This document shows, piece by piece, positions 38,573 through 47,780 of a stretch of 64,000 nt of DNA (positions within the stretch are counted from its first letter, which is position 1; each line of letters opens with the position of its first letter). The stretch comes from a bacterium (lineage in GTDB: Bacteria; SAR324; NAC60-12). The notes under the pieces are model-generated. The model saw nothing but the letters and a program-made list of their open reading frames with translations. It was not told where the DNA came from and ran no database searches. The stretch is taken from NCBI GenBank assembly GCA_965233585.1, contig CBDDTI010000729.1, positions 32,001 to 96,000 on the forward strand, written 5' to 3'. Made by a program: the position numbers and the translations under genes.

Positions 38573-39367
38573 ATGTCATTCTACCAAAAACTCCAGCACT
38601 TCGCACGGCAACAACAAAGTCTTTTGTGTGTAGGACTAGACCCTGTTTTAGGAAAACTTCCTGACACACTTCCACAAACTCTCAACGGCATAGAAATCTT
38701 TCTCCGTGAAATCATTCATGCCACTGCTCCATTTGCATTAGCCTACAAGCCAAACCTCGCTTATTTTGAAGCACATGGTTCTCGTGGAATAACTCTTTTA
38801 GAAAAAACTTTAGAGATGATTCCTGATTCTGCGATAACTATTGGAGATGCAAAGCGGGGAGACGTGGGACATTCCTCAAAGTTTTATGCCAAAGCATTAT
38901 TTGAAGCATTTCAGTTTGATGCCATCACCGTTCACCCTTACCAAGGAACAGACTCGCTAGAGCCTTTCTTCGCATATCATCAAAAGGGAGTGTTTGTGTG
39001 TTGTCTCACTTCTAACGCAGGGGCATCTGACTTTATCCTGCCAAATAATCTTTATTTAGAGGTAGCACGCAAAGCTCAAGAGGAATGGAACACGAACCAA
39101 AACGTAGGGTTAGTTGTTGGTGCAACGTACCCTGAAAAAATGGCTTTGATTCGCCAAGTCGCTCCTGATTTGCCTTTTCTGATTCCCGGAGTTGGAGTTC
39201 AACAAGGAGACATGGAGGCAACTCTTAAAGAAGCAAACAATCAATGTGCAGTGCCTTATTTGATTAATGCCTCAAGGAGTATCCTTTATGCAAGCAAGGG
39301 TAAAAATTTTGCAGAACAAGCGGCAAAGGAAGCCAAGCGATTGCAAGAAGCGATCTTAAAATCCTAA
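38573..39367 (+). CDS. pyrF: Orotidine-5'-phosphate decarboxylase
   Basis: LCVGLDP, YKPNLAYFE, DAKRGDVG, LTSN, VVGAT, LIPGVG.Q, INASRSI. Confidence 0.95.
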   Translation: MSFYQKLQHFARQQQSLLCVGLDPVLGKLPDTLPQTLNGIEIFLREIIHATAPFALAYKPNLAYFEAHGSRGITLLEKTLEMIPDSAITIGDAKRGDVGHSSKFYAKALFEAFQFDAITVHPYQGTDSLEPFFAYHQKGVFVCCLTSNAGASDFILPNNLYLEVARKAQEEWNTNQNVGLVVGATYPEKMALIRQVAPDLPFLIPGVGVQQGDMEATLKEANNQCAVPYLINASRSILYASKGKNFAEQAAKEAKRLQEAILKS

Positions 39368-39843
39368 CGTTCTAGCTTTCTGCGATTGCTATAAGACACA
39401 ATCATCGCCACTTCAACAGACGCATTTCTAGGTAATTCTGACACTCCTACTGCAAACCTTGCATGATTCCCTTGTTCATGGAAGACTTCACATAAGACTT
39501 CAGAAGCACCATCTATGACGGCAGGTTGTGCATTGAATCCGGGAGCGGAGGCAACAAAACCTTCTATCCTCAGAATGCGTTCCACACGATCCAAACTGCC
39601 AAGTTCCAAATCAAGCTGTGCTAGTCCATTTGCCACACAAATTTTTGCTTGTTGCTTAGCTTGTTCAAGACTGACCTCTGCACCCACTTTACCGACAGTT
39701 TTTAATTCTCCGTCTTCAAAAGGTAGTTGACCGCTGACGTAGGCAATTCCCTCGTGGGCAATGACAGGAACATACTTTGCAAGTGGTCTGACGGGTTCAG
39801 GAAGAGCGATGCCAAGTTGTTTCAATTTCAATTTGATTTCCAT
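39364..39843 (-). CDS. RidA/YjgF family protein
   Basis: YVSGQLP, GFVAS.PGF..QP.VIDGAS, HARFAVGV.ELP..ASVEV. Confidence 0.92.
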   Translation of the reverse strand: MEIKLKLKQLGIALPEPVRPLAKYVPVIAHEGIAYVSGQLPFEDGELKTVGKVGAEVSLEQAKQQAKICVANGLAQLDLELGSLDRVERILRIEGFVASAPGFNAQPAVIDGASEVLCEVFHEQGNHARFAVGVSELPRNASVEVAMIVSYSNRRKLER

Positions 39844-40015
39844 ATCTTATTTCTCAATTTTAACGGTTAGAAAAAATGAACTCATATTTTTACATACTTT
39901 GGGTTTGAAAGTGCAAGCGTAAAATGTCATTGAATTGAGCCAAGACAACTTGAAGTCAACTCAAAAAATGTCAATCAAAAAACCTATTTTGTACTCTATT
40001 TAAGTCAAGCTGCTG

Positions 40016-40732
40016 ATGATGATTACTCAACCTCATTTACTGATTTTCATTGCAGGTCAAAATGAATTAGAGGCATTTTGCAATCACTCTTTACCAGAGT
40101 CAAAACAATATCAAGGTTGGAGTTACTATCGTTATCAACCTCAAGTGTCTTTGGTTCATTGTAGGATAGGTTCATTTAATGCTTTAGCCTGTGCAGAAGC
40201 AATAATCCCAGCCTTGAATCCTAGCCATTGCCTGAATATTGGATTCTCTGGTTCCCATTCCAAAGATTTAGACATTGGTCAGGTCGTCTTGGCAACCTCT
40301 ACCATCGCATTTGACTATCACACCAAAACGGCACAAAACACTCTGGAAATAAGAAGTCAAGACGTCCAAAAAAACGGACAAACTCATCAACTGACTAACT
40401 TTGAATCAGATACCCATTTGGTCAAAGAACTACAAAAACAACTTTCTCACACACTTCACTTGACACAAGGGTTGATTGGCAGCTCCAACCAATTCAATCG
40501 CAGTCTTGAGTTTATTCAACAAGTCAGAGACGTTTTTGGAACAGACTGCGAGGACATGGAAAGCGCTGCGATTGCCTATTCTGCATTCAGACACCACGTG
40601 CCCTTTGCCGCACTGCGTGTCATCTCCAACAATGAGCTTCAAGACAAAACTCAACAAGGGCGAGGCTTTGACCCGATGGCTTTTCAAAGCCTCTCTCTTC
40701 TGGGAAAGGCTTTTACAAAGTGGACAATTTAG
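40016..40732 (+). CDS. mtnN: 5'-methylthioadenosine/S-adenosylhomocysteine nucleosidase family protein
   Basis: [44 protein letters not shown]. Confidence 0.75.
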   Translation: MMITQPHLLIFIAGQNELEAFCNHSLPESKQYQGWSYYRYQPQVSLVHCRIGSFNALACAEAIIPALNPSHCLNIGFSGSHSKDLDIGQVVLATSTIAFDYHTKTAQNTLEIRSQDVQKNGQTHQLTNFESDTHLVKELQKQLSHTLHLTQGLIGSSNQFNRSLEFIQQVRDVFGTDCEDMESAAIAYSAFRHHVPFAALRVISNNELQDKTQQGRGFDPMAFQSLSLLGKAFTKWTI

Positions 40733-41109
40733 GGAAAGATTTTTGCCATTTTATCGCTCAACGTCTGGGCGTCAAATGGCTTGACCACATAATTATTCAC
40801 TCCAGCTTTGACAGCTGCAAGAATGTTTTCTTGCAAGGCTTCTGCTGTGACCATCAAGACAGGCATAGACTTCAATTCAGGATCCGCTCGGATTTGCTTT
40901 AACAACTCTAGTCCCGTCATTTTGGGCATATTCCAATCGGTGATGACAAAGTCTATTTTTGTAGTTTTGAGTTTCACCATTGCCGTCGTGCCATCATCAG
41001 CTTCTACAACATTGTTGTAACCTAATTGACGCAAAATGTTCTTCACAATACGTCTCATGGTTGAAAAATCATCAACAACCAAAATTTGCATATTTAAATC
41101 AGCAGGCAT
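40729..41109 (-). CDS. cheY: Chemotaxis response regulator CheY
   Basis: [45 protein letters not shown]. Confidence 0.93.
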   Translation of the reverse strand: MPADLNMQILVVDDFSTMRRIVKNILRQLGYNNVVEADDGTTAMVKLKTTKIDFVITDWNMPKMTGLELLKQIRADPELKSMPVLMVTAEALQENILAAVKAGVNNYVVKPFDAQTLSDKMAKIFP

Positions 41110-41309
41110 TCCATTGACTCCATAAATAATAGGTAAAAGTTAAAATCCATGAACAGATAAAGTCATTTAAACCCTGTTGTTCATGCTTGTTTCTTCAATT
41201 TTTGTTCTGATTAGGACAATTTTTGACAACACAGTCCCTGCCTTTGCACAAATGAAAGACTTCTCATTAAAACGCTCATATTTGCTGGAGGGCATCAAAG
41301 TCATTTGCA

Positions 41310-41705
41310 TCAAAAGGTTTCGTGAAACACAGTCCACTCTAATTCTGCAAAATGGGTTGGCTGAGATCCAATAGCAGATTGATTCTCTACAATCCTGACA
41401 CCGGGTAAAAAAAGCGGATCAAAGGTGATTCCTTGCACAACAAGAATGAGTCCCACCCCATAGCCAATAATTCCTCCTACACTTGCTCCTATCACGGCTT
41501 TTCTAAAAAGGGGGTCATCATCCAGAATCAAAGTTGAACCCACGACTGCCCCCCAAAGACTTCCAAGCACTGTATTCCAAAAAACTGAACGCATGGCAGG
41601 GGGTCTATTGGTAGAGCCTCTGAATAAATCTTCCACTTCAAAATTTTGAGCGTTCAAAGGAGACACTAACATCACAGACAATAAAATGCAAATAACAATT
41701 CGCAC
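41310..41705 (-). CDS. Exported Gly-rich hypothetical protein
   Basis: Signal peptide (LNA-Q), Gly-zipper-like hairpin, C-terminal F. Confidence 0.7.
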   Translation of the reverse strand: MRIVICILLSVMLVSPLNAQNFEVEDLFRGSTNRPPAMRSVFWNTVLGSLWGAVVGSTLILDDDPLFRKAVIGASVGGIIGYGVGLILVVQGITFDPLFLPGVRIVENQSAIGSQPTHFAELEWTVFHETF

Positions 41706-41708
41706 AGC

Positions 41709-42131
41709 TTAAAAATGATAACGAAATAAAGAAAGATTCCAACTTTGAGGAATGGTGACAAGATGGTTATCCCAATAGCTTTCTGGGGCATACACAAGAG
41801 GTAACGAGTGATGAGAGGACACAGCTGGACTTTTGGAAGGCGTAGAGGCATATTGGGGAATAATTGCAGAATTAGTGAGCAAAAATGCCCCCCCCACCAT
41901 ACCTACAAATGTACCAAAAGAAGCCCCTCCTTGCAGATGGACAGCTAACGGAGTAGGTTGACCAGGATCCATCAACCACACTAAAAAACCTGCACCCAAA
42001 CCCGCAAAAGTTCCCCCAACAGTTGTGACAATCTCTACCTCCATCGCAAGATGACCAACTTCCTGAGCAAAAGGTATATTCTTTGCTATAATAGTCAGAA
42101 GAAGCAACAGGGGGATAATTTTTCTCATCAT
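41709..42131 (-). CDS. Exported Gly-rich hypothetical protein
   Basis: Signal peptide, GTFAGLGAG / GASFGTFVGMVGG segments, C-terminal F. Confidence 0.65.
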   Translation of the reverse strand: MMRKIIPLLLLLTIIAKNIPFAQEVGHLAMEVEIVTTVGGTFAGLGAGFLVWLMDPGQPTPLAVHLQGGASFGTFVGMVGGAFLLTNSAIIPQYASTPSKSPAVSSHHSLPLVYAPESYWDNHLVTIPQSWNLSLFRYHF

Positions 42132-42203
42132 TTCAATCAAAGTTTAAAAAGGTTCAGCAAAAAAGTCTAACACAGCGAGTCAAAATAGCAACTTATTCCA
42201 AAA

Positions 42204-42866
42204 ATGAAACATTCTCACAACGTCAAAAGCCAGTTTTTACAAAGGTTTTGCCTGTTTTCCTCCTTGATTGTGTTGGCATTTGCAGACGTCATGGCACAAA
42301 CGTCTGACTCATTTTCTTCTGACCCTTTTATGCAAACTAACCCTTCTTCTGATGGAGACCCTTTTTTAGAACAAGACCCCTTCATGCAACAGTTCCCTGA
42401 CTATGATGACAGTCAAAACTTCAACACTTTTGAACTTCCTCAACAACAAAACGACTTGCCTCAGGAAGAATCTGCTCCTGTTCCATCAGACAACAATGCC
42501 CCCCCAGCAGTTCGGGATAACCAATACATTGATGAGTCTGTCATTCCACAAGGATTTGAAGAAAGATTGCAGCAAGAAGCACAACAGCAAAACGTGATTC
42601 TGGGTGATGAAAGGCAAAATATGGTGCCTAATATCGCTTACGGTGTAGGAACAGGCTTTATTATTGGAAGCTGGTTGGCAACCTTGACTGCCAACACTAG
42701 AAGAGATACATTAGCCTCCATTGGTTCTGGGATTGTGTTGGGCGGATTGATTGGGGCATTGATTGGCTCTCGTGCAATTATTTTACCCAATCCTAATATT
42801 CCAAGAGACCCTTCTTTCGGAAAAACTGAAAATTCCGTCATCTTTGTCTGGAACACTCAGTTTTAA
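42204..42866 (+). CDS. Exported hypothetical protein with acidic DPF repeats and Gly-zipper hairpin
   Basis: Signal peptide (VMA-Q), DPF x3, GVGTGFIIG / GSGIVLGGLIGALIG, C-terminal WNTQF. Confidence 0.75.
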   Translation: MKHSHNVKSQFLQRFCLFSSLIVLAFADVMAQTSDSFSSDPFMQTNPSSDGDPFLEQDPFMQQFPDYDDSQNFNTFELPQQQNDLPQEESAPVPSDNNAPPAVRDNQYIDESVIPQGFEERLQQEAQQQNVILGDERQNMVPNIAYGVGTGFIIGSWLATLTANTRRDTLASIGSGIVLGGLIGALIGSRAIILPNPNIPRDPSFGKTENSVIFVWNTQF

Positions 42867-42928
42867 GACTTCCCCACCACAAAGTCAAACAAACCGTCTT
42901 TTTTCAATCTTCCTTTAAAATCTACCGC

Positions 42929-44455
42929 CTAATAAACTTGCTTGTAGATGTTGCATTGTTCTTTGAGACTCTTGCCTTCCAAAAACTTTAATTCTCCTAA
43001 CTTATGTTGATGATAGACCTCAACAAAATTAGGAGAAAACCAACTTTTGACATGCTCACTTTGCATCATTTTTTCCAATGCTTCAGAAAGAGTGAAAGGC
43101 AGGTGTGTTAAACCTTTTTCCCGAAGCTGTGATTCTTTCAAAAGAGAAAGGTCATCTTGGTAGATTTTTGGTACAGAAAGGTTGTCTTCAATTCCTTGAC
43201 AACCTGCATGCACGATGGCAGCTAATGCTAAATGTGGAGACGCTGTGGCATCTGCGATTGGCACTTCAAAATGAAACTGATGAGCAGCGCTTTCAAGGGA
43301 GTTTTGAGAGGTAGGGCAAATTCTGACCGATGAACTTTCACTATAACCCAGATTATTGAAAGCACAACCCCAGCCACGAGGAATGTAATTTAAATGAGAA
43401 ATAGCAGAAGGTGCAATGAAAGCCATAATCTGGGGCAGATAGTTGAGTAATCCTGCAACAAATTGCTCCGTTAGCTGCGACATGTTGTAAGTCCTGTTTG
43501 GAGAATAAGCTAAAGGCTCATCTTCTTGACTAAGAAAACTCAAATGAATCTGTACACCATTGCCTGCTTGGTCTAAATCACGGACGGGAGTGAACGTTGC
43601 CTGCGTGTCAAAAGAAGAGGCAACGGCATAGACTAATTCCCTAAAAATTGCTGCCGCATCTGCAATTTGTACCCCCTTAACAGGCTTCATGGACATTTCA
43701 TATTGATTCTCTCCCTGCTCTTTCAAAAACGAATAAGCTTCTACTCCTGTTTGTCGCATCGCATCAACAATCATTTCTCCCATCGCTTGCTGATGCCTAA
43801 AACCTCCGTATGTCAAATGACTGTGCAACAACGCCACTGCTCCTTTAATTTGAAACTGATGCGTCAAAGCACCATACAACGTGGCTTCAGTTAATCGCTC
43901 AAACCGACTCATGGCTGATTGTAAGAGAGAACGAGTACAACACTCCCAAGTCCGTCCGTCCAAGTGATAAATGTTACTTAAAATCAGATGTTGAGAGTTG
44001 CTACGATTTCCGAAGTCAACGAAAGTGCGTGTGTCTAAATCTGGTATTAAAACTAACTCTTCACTGGAGTCATGGGAGTTTGTGGCAAGACTATTGAAAC
44101 AAGTCAGATTGGCATTGGTTGCAGACCAGCTCACGCCACGTTTGAGACCTTCCATTTGCTGACTGAGACGTTTACCTGTTTTTTCTGCAAGCCCTTTTAC
44201 ACGTTCTAACGAATGCTTGACATGATTGAGAAACGTATAAACTCTGCCCAAGTCATCTTTCAAAGGGTCAACATTTTGAAGATGATACTGCTCTTGCAAC
44301 AAATCTTGATAAAGTTTGACCAAATCATCTTGTTCTGTTTGAAGTAACTCCTTTTCATCACTCAATTCTTTGAGCTTATTTTGCGGGAACGCCTTGCCTC
44401 TTAAACGTCCCGAAATGTCAGAAGTCGCCACAAAAATCAGTAGTTCTTTCGTCAT
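42929..44455 (-). CDS. Glutamine synthetase family protein with coiled-coil insertion and degenerate active site
   Basis: SDISGRLRGKAFP, WECCTRS, EQGENQYE, GNGVQIHLS, ADATASPHLALAA..AG..GI, LP.TL.EAL. Confidence 0.85.
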   Translation of the reverse strand: MTKELLIFVATSDISGRLRGKAFPQNKLKELSDEKELLQTEQDDLVKLYQDLLQEQYHLQNVDPLKDDLGRVYTFLNHVKHSLERVKGLAEKTGKRLSQQMEGLKRGVSWSATNANLTCFNSLATNSHDSSEELVLIPDLDTRTFVDFGNRSNSQHLILSNIYHLDGRTWECCTRSLLQSAMSRFERLTEATLYGALTHQFQIKGAVALLHSHLTYGGFRHQQAMGEMIVDAMRQTGVEAYSFLKEQGENQYEMSMKPVKGVQIADAAAIFRELVYAVASSFDTQATFTPVRDLDQAGNGVQIHLSFLSQEDEPLAYSPNRTYNMSQLTEQFVAGLLNYLPQIMAFIAPSAISHLNYIPRGWGCAFNNLGYSESSSVRICPTSQNSLESAAHQFHFEVPIADATASPHLALAAIVHAGCQGIEDNLSVPKIYQDDLSLLKESQLREKGLTHLPFTLSEALEKMMQSEHVKSWFSPNFVEVYHQHKLGELKFLEGKSLKEQCNIYKQVY

Positions 44456-44631
44456 GATTGATTCAAATTTTTTGATTGTTGAAATTGGTCTTTTTGACTC
44501 GTGACCTATACATTATGAAGAGTCACACAATACTCCTTTAGCAGAGATGTAGCAAACCCATTTTCAAAATCGTTTCCCATTTGGTCTAAAGTTTGTTATG
44601 ATTCTGGATTTAGCTTCTTACTCATAAGCTG

Positions 44632-45105
44632 ATGGAAACTACCTTACTTTTTGACACACTCAAGACCTCCAAACATTTGCAAGCTGCAGGCTTTGAACAA
44701 GAGCAAGCAGAGGCACTGACAGAAGAATTTAAATTTGTTGTAGAAAGCAACTTTGCGAAACTTTCAACCAAAGAACAAGTTTCTGCTTTAGAGACGAATC
44801 TCAATGAGAAACTGGAACAAAAAGCCACCAAAGAACAAGTCACTCACTTACAAGAACAACTGGAGCAAAAAGCCACCAAAGAACAAGTTTCTGCTTTAGA
44901 AATCAGCCTCAATGAAAAGCTTGAGAAGTTTGCTACCAAAGAAGATGTTCAAAATGAACTCAAAGAGGTCAAAGAAGACATCTATTTTTTAAAAGGAGAC
45001 CAGAAGCTCCTTAAATGGATGGTCGGTTTTGGCATTTCTTTAAATCTGTTGACACTTGGAGTCGTGTTAGCTTTTTTGTTTACAGCTACCCTTACTCCTA
45101 CTTAA
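44632..45105 (+). CDS. DUF1640/CCDC90-like coiled-coil protein with C-terminal TM helix
   Basis: FDTLK...L..AGF..EQAEAL, four (A/S)TKE repeats, LLKWMVG followed by a hydrophobic tail. Confidence 0.8.
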   Translation: METTLLFDTLKTSKHLQAAGFEQEQAEALTEEFKFVVESNFAKLSTKEQVSALETNLNEKLEQKATKEQVTHLQEQLEQKATKEQVSALEISLNEKLEKFATKEDVQNELKEVKEDIYFLKGDQKLLKWMVGFGISLNLLTLGVVLAFLFTATLTPT

Positions 45106-45229
45106 AACCCTGCCGCCTATTGCTGACAGCTCTTCCATTTTTTCACACCCCTTCAGTAAAGGTCAACAAACCAAAGGCTTTTTGCTGGCAAATTCAAAAG
45201 AATTTGACGGGGTAGTTAGGAAAAAAAGA

Positions 45230-45316
45230 GAGATTGCGGGTCAAGCCCGCAATGACAAGGAAACGCAGGAATGACAAGTGAGAAAAAACAGAGATTGCGG
45301 GTCAGGGTTCAATGAC
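45230..45316. repeat. REP-like palindromic elements (left cluster)
   Basis: GAGATTGCGGGTCAAGCCCGCAATGAC at 45230-45256; variant at 45291-45316. Confidence 0.85.
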
Positions 45317-46009
45317 TTTAATTTGGTCTGCTTCAGGTTGCAGAAGGTAAACTCCTTTGGCTTTGGCATGAGAGATGAAACGTTCTGGAATGCTTTGACA
45401 GGCAAGCCCCAGATGAATTTGAAAATCCTGATATTGTGGAAAAACAACAGGGAACGTCTCTTTGTGCCTGAACACTTGGTCAAAGTCATCAAGACGAAGT
45501 TTGTGCTTCACTTCTACAATGAAGATGTGAGAGGAATTGTAAAAAACAACATCATACTGCCCAATGACTTTTTTATCGCTTCTTCCCTTCACATTTTTAT
45601 CTACAGAATCATAAGCAACTCCACCAATCATGATGAATCCTTTTTCTTCTATTTCTCTTTGACCAGTACGATAGTAAGCGTCTTCCTGTATGTCGCTTTC
45701 TACCGTGATGTAACTTTCTAGCTTTTTGTTGCTTTCTTTTCTCAAGCGCCTTTCTTCCTTCATTTCTTTCTCCCAAGCGGCATTGGACTCTTGCATCTGC
45801 TTCTCCCAAGCGGCATTGCGTTCTTCTTGCTTTTTAGTCAGTTCTGCTAACTGCTTGCTGTTTTCTTCTTGTTGTTTTGTTAGCTCTGCTAACTGCTTGT
45901 CCGTCTTTTCTTGACGTTTGGCAACAGCATTGACTGTGTCATTGGCTTCTTTAGCGATGACACTGGCTTCTGCCAAGATTTTTTCTATCCTATCTAAACG
46001 TTCTGACAT
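45302..46009 (-). CDS. Coiled-coil + PD-(D/E)xK domain protein (DUF3782-like)
   Basis: N-terminal KQLAELTK x2 and NAAWEK x2 repeats; GQYDVVFYN..IVEVKHK; A...GVYLL. Confidence 0.75.
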   Translation of the reverse strand: MSERLDRIEKILAEASVIAKEANDTVNAVAKRQEKTDKQLAELTKQQEENSKQLAELTKKQEERNAAWEKQMQESNAAWEKEMKEERRLRKESNKKLESYITVESDIQEDAYYRTGQREIEEKGFIMIGGVAYDSVDKNVKGRSDKKVIGQYDVVFYNSSHIFIVEVKHKLRLDDFDQVFRHKETFPVVFPQYQDFQIHLGLACQSIPERFISHAKAKGVYLLQPEADQIKVIEP

Positions 46010-46073
46010 CTTTACCTTTCAATTTAAAATTCAAAAAACTTGAGTATAGCATTTTTTGACAAAAGAAAAAAAC

Positions 46074-46328
46074 AGATTGCGGGTCAAGCCCGCAATGACG
46101 AATGGTCAAGGTGAGCAATGACCAAAAAACAAGCCCACAGGTGAGAAAGTGAGGAATGGGAAAAAGAGAAAGATTGCGGGTCAAGGTGAGCAATGACTTA
46201 AGCACAAGCCCGCAATGACAGTTCTGAAGATGAGTAAATTCCTCTGTCATTCCGTGCTTGATACGGAATCTCAAAAAATAAGAGTTGTTTGGGAAAAAGA
46301 GAGATTGCGGGTCAAGGTGAGCAATGAC
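46074..46328. repeat. REP-like palindromic elements (right cluster, about 6 full or partial copies)
   Basis: Copies at 46074-46099, 46104-46122, 46171-46197, 46205-46219 and 46301-46328; inverted variant GTCATTCCGTGCTTGATACGGAATCTC at 46246-46272. Confidence 0.85.
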
Positions 46329-46337
46329 GCAGGTGAC

Positions 46338-46366
46338 GAAAAGGGAGCAGAACGCCCCCTTTTTTT
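46338..46366 (-). terminator. Rho-independent terminator candidate
   Basis: On the - strand: A-tract, GGGGGC-gttct-GCTCCC, TTTT; about 40 bp downstream of the lipoprotein gene. Confidence 0.55.
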
Positions 46367-46406
46367 AAACAAATGAGAGGTAGGAAGGAAAAAGAAACGA
46401 AAACGT

Positions 46407-47654
46407 TTAAGCACGTTCTGGAATCTTCACAAAACAAAGATAGTAAAAAGGTCTGGCAGACCTTTGCCCCACTGGGACACTAAGAGGAGTTGTGTTACCA
46501 TCAGCGGATGCCTTGAGATAGTAAAAAGATACGCCAGCATTACTATTAATAATATAGTAGCTATCGGAGCTGAAAATGGTTCTGGCAAATGCTCTGTCAG
46601 TTTGGTTAGTGTTAGTAAGATTCCTGAATTGTTTGTTATCTGTTGCCTTGTAGTTGATAGACCGACATTCACTGCTGCTATAGCTTGGCGCTGTATTACC
46701 TTTACTGATGTAATACCAAAGCTCTCCATCTTTTTCTAAGTGGAATTGATTGTTTAGCACTTTAGGTCTTGACCCTACATCAAAGCCTGTGACGTGTGCA
46801 GCAGTGTTGTGATTGGCATTGTTAGTGGTGAAGGAAACGGGGTTGCCAGAGCGATTGAAGGCAGAAGCTCCACTTGCTGTCTTGACTGCCACTTTGTAGG
46901 TTTTGTTCAAGTCCCAAGTCTGTTTGGGAATGATGACATGATTGGTGTTGTCACCTTTCTGAACATGCACTTTTTCACAATTTAGGAAATCATCTGATGA
47001 CACAAGCAGGGCATTCAAAGGGGCATCTTGACAAGATGTCTTGTCATTGGAAACTAGGGTTTGAGAAGTGTCTAGTCTCATCACCGAACGACCGTAGGCT
47101 TTGCCTGATGTGTCTTGCATTTTAGTAAAAGCAGTTGCCGTAACAGCAACACCCAACGTCAATGCCTTTGGGGTGGATGGCATCAAACTCCCTCTGACCA
47201 CTGTAAAATCCCAGTTTGATTTTTTTCTCAAGATTTTGAATTGCAGTTGCCCTGTGCCTGCTGTGACTCCTGTCAACTTCAGCTTGGCTTGAAATTCTTT
47301 TTTTCTAGGTAAAATGTAAGACAACTTTCCGCTTTGTCCAACTGTTTCTTTTGCTCCAACGACCAGCTTCAAAGAAGCTAAGCTTTCATCGTAAGTGATG
47401 TTTAACTTTTTACCTTGATAAATTGTTGATGCGGTGCAGGTGAGTTTGGCAACTAATTCTTGACCTGTTGTGACAGAACTGTTTGAGTTCACCTTGCACT
47501 TGACGTCGTTGGAGGCTTCATTTCCTTCTTCATTTTCTTCAGCAGGAGGTGTGCAACTCGCTAAGGCAAGAAGTGTCAAAAAAATCATTATTTTGTCATA
47601 AAAAGACCTTCTCCTAACAGAAGGGTTTTGATTTGATTTGAGTTGTTCTAACAT
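46407..47654 (-). CDS. Hypothetical lipoprotein (beta-rich, Ig-like domains possible)
   Basis: Lipobox LALASC, acidic linker, Thr/Ser/Asn-rich beta composition. Confidence 0.7.
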   Translation of the reverse strand: MLEQLKSNQNPSVRRRSFYDKIMIFLTLLALASCTPPAEENEEGNEASNDVKCKVNSNSSVTTGQELVAKLTCTASTIYQGKKLNITYDESLASLKLVVGAKETVGQSGKLSYILPRKKEFQAKLKLTGVTAGTGQLQFKILRKKSNWDFTVVRGSLMPSTPKALTLGVAVTATAFTKMQDTSGKAYGRSVMRLDTSQTLVSNDKTSCQDAPLNALLVSSDDFLNCEKVHVQKGDNTNHVIIPKQTWDLNKTYKVAVKTASGASAFNRSGNPVSFTTNNANHNTAAHVTGFDVGSRPKVLNNQFHLEKDGELWYYISKGNTAPSYSSSECRSINYKATDNKQFRNLTNTNQTDRAFARTIFSSDSYYIINSNAGVSFYYLKASADGNTTPLSVPVGQRSARPFYYLCFVKIPERA

Positions 47655-47780
47655 AAAAAACTCCTAAATAATGGTTAAGTGAGAATGAAAAAAAAGAAAT
47701 AAAAGGAACTGAGGATTCTAGCAGATCTTGAAAAACAAATGCAACTTTAAAGATTGAAAATTTTATTTTGTGTAGGAATG

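Noticed and set aside
45990..46274. 94-aa ORF (and 45241..45492) over the repeat clusters
   Set aside because: These are translations of REP-like sequence (HCGL repeats) or shadows of the real gene.
45230..46328. Possible CRISPR array
   Set aside because: Repeats are irregularly spaced, partial and in both orientations, with no uniform spacers and no cas genes; they fit REP-like elements better.
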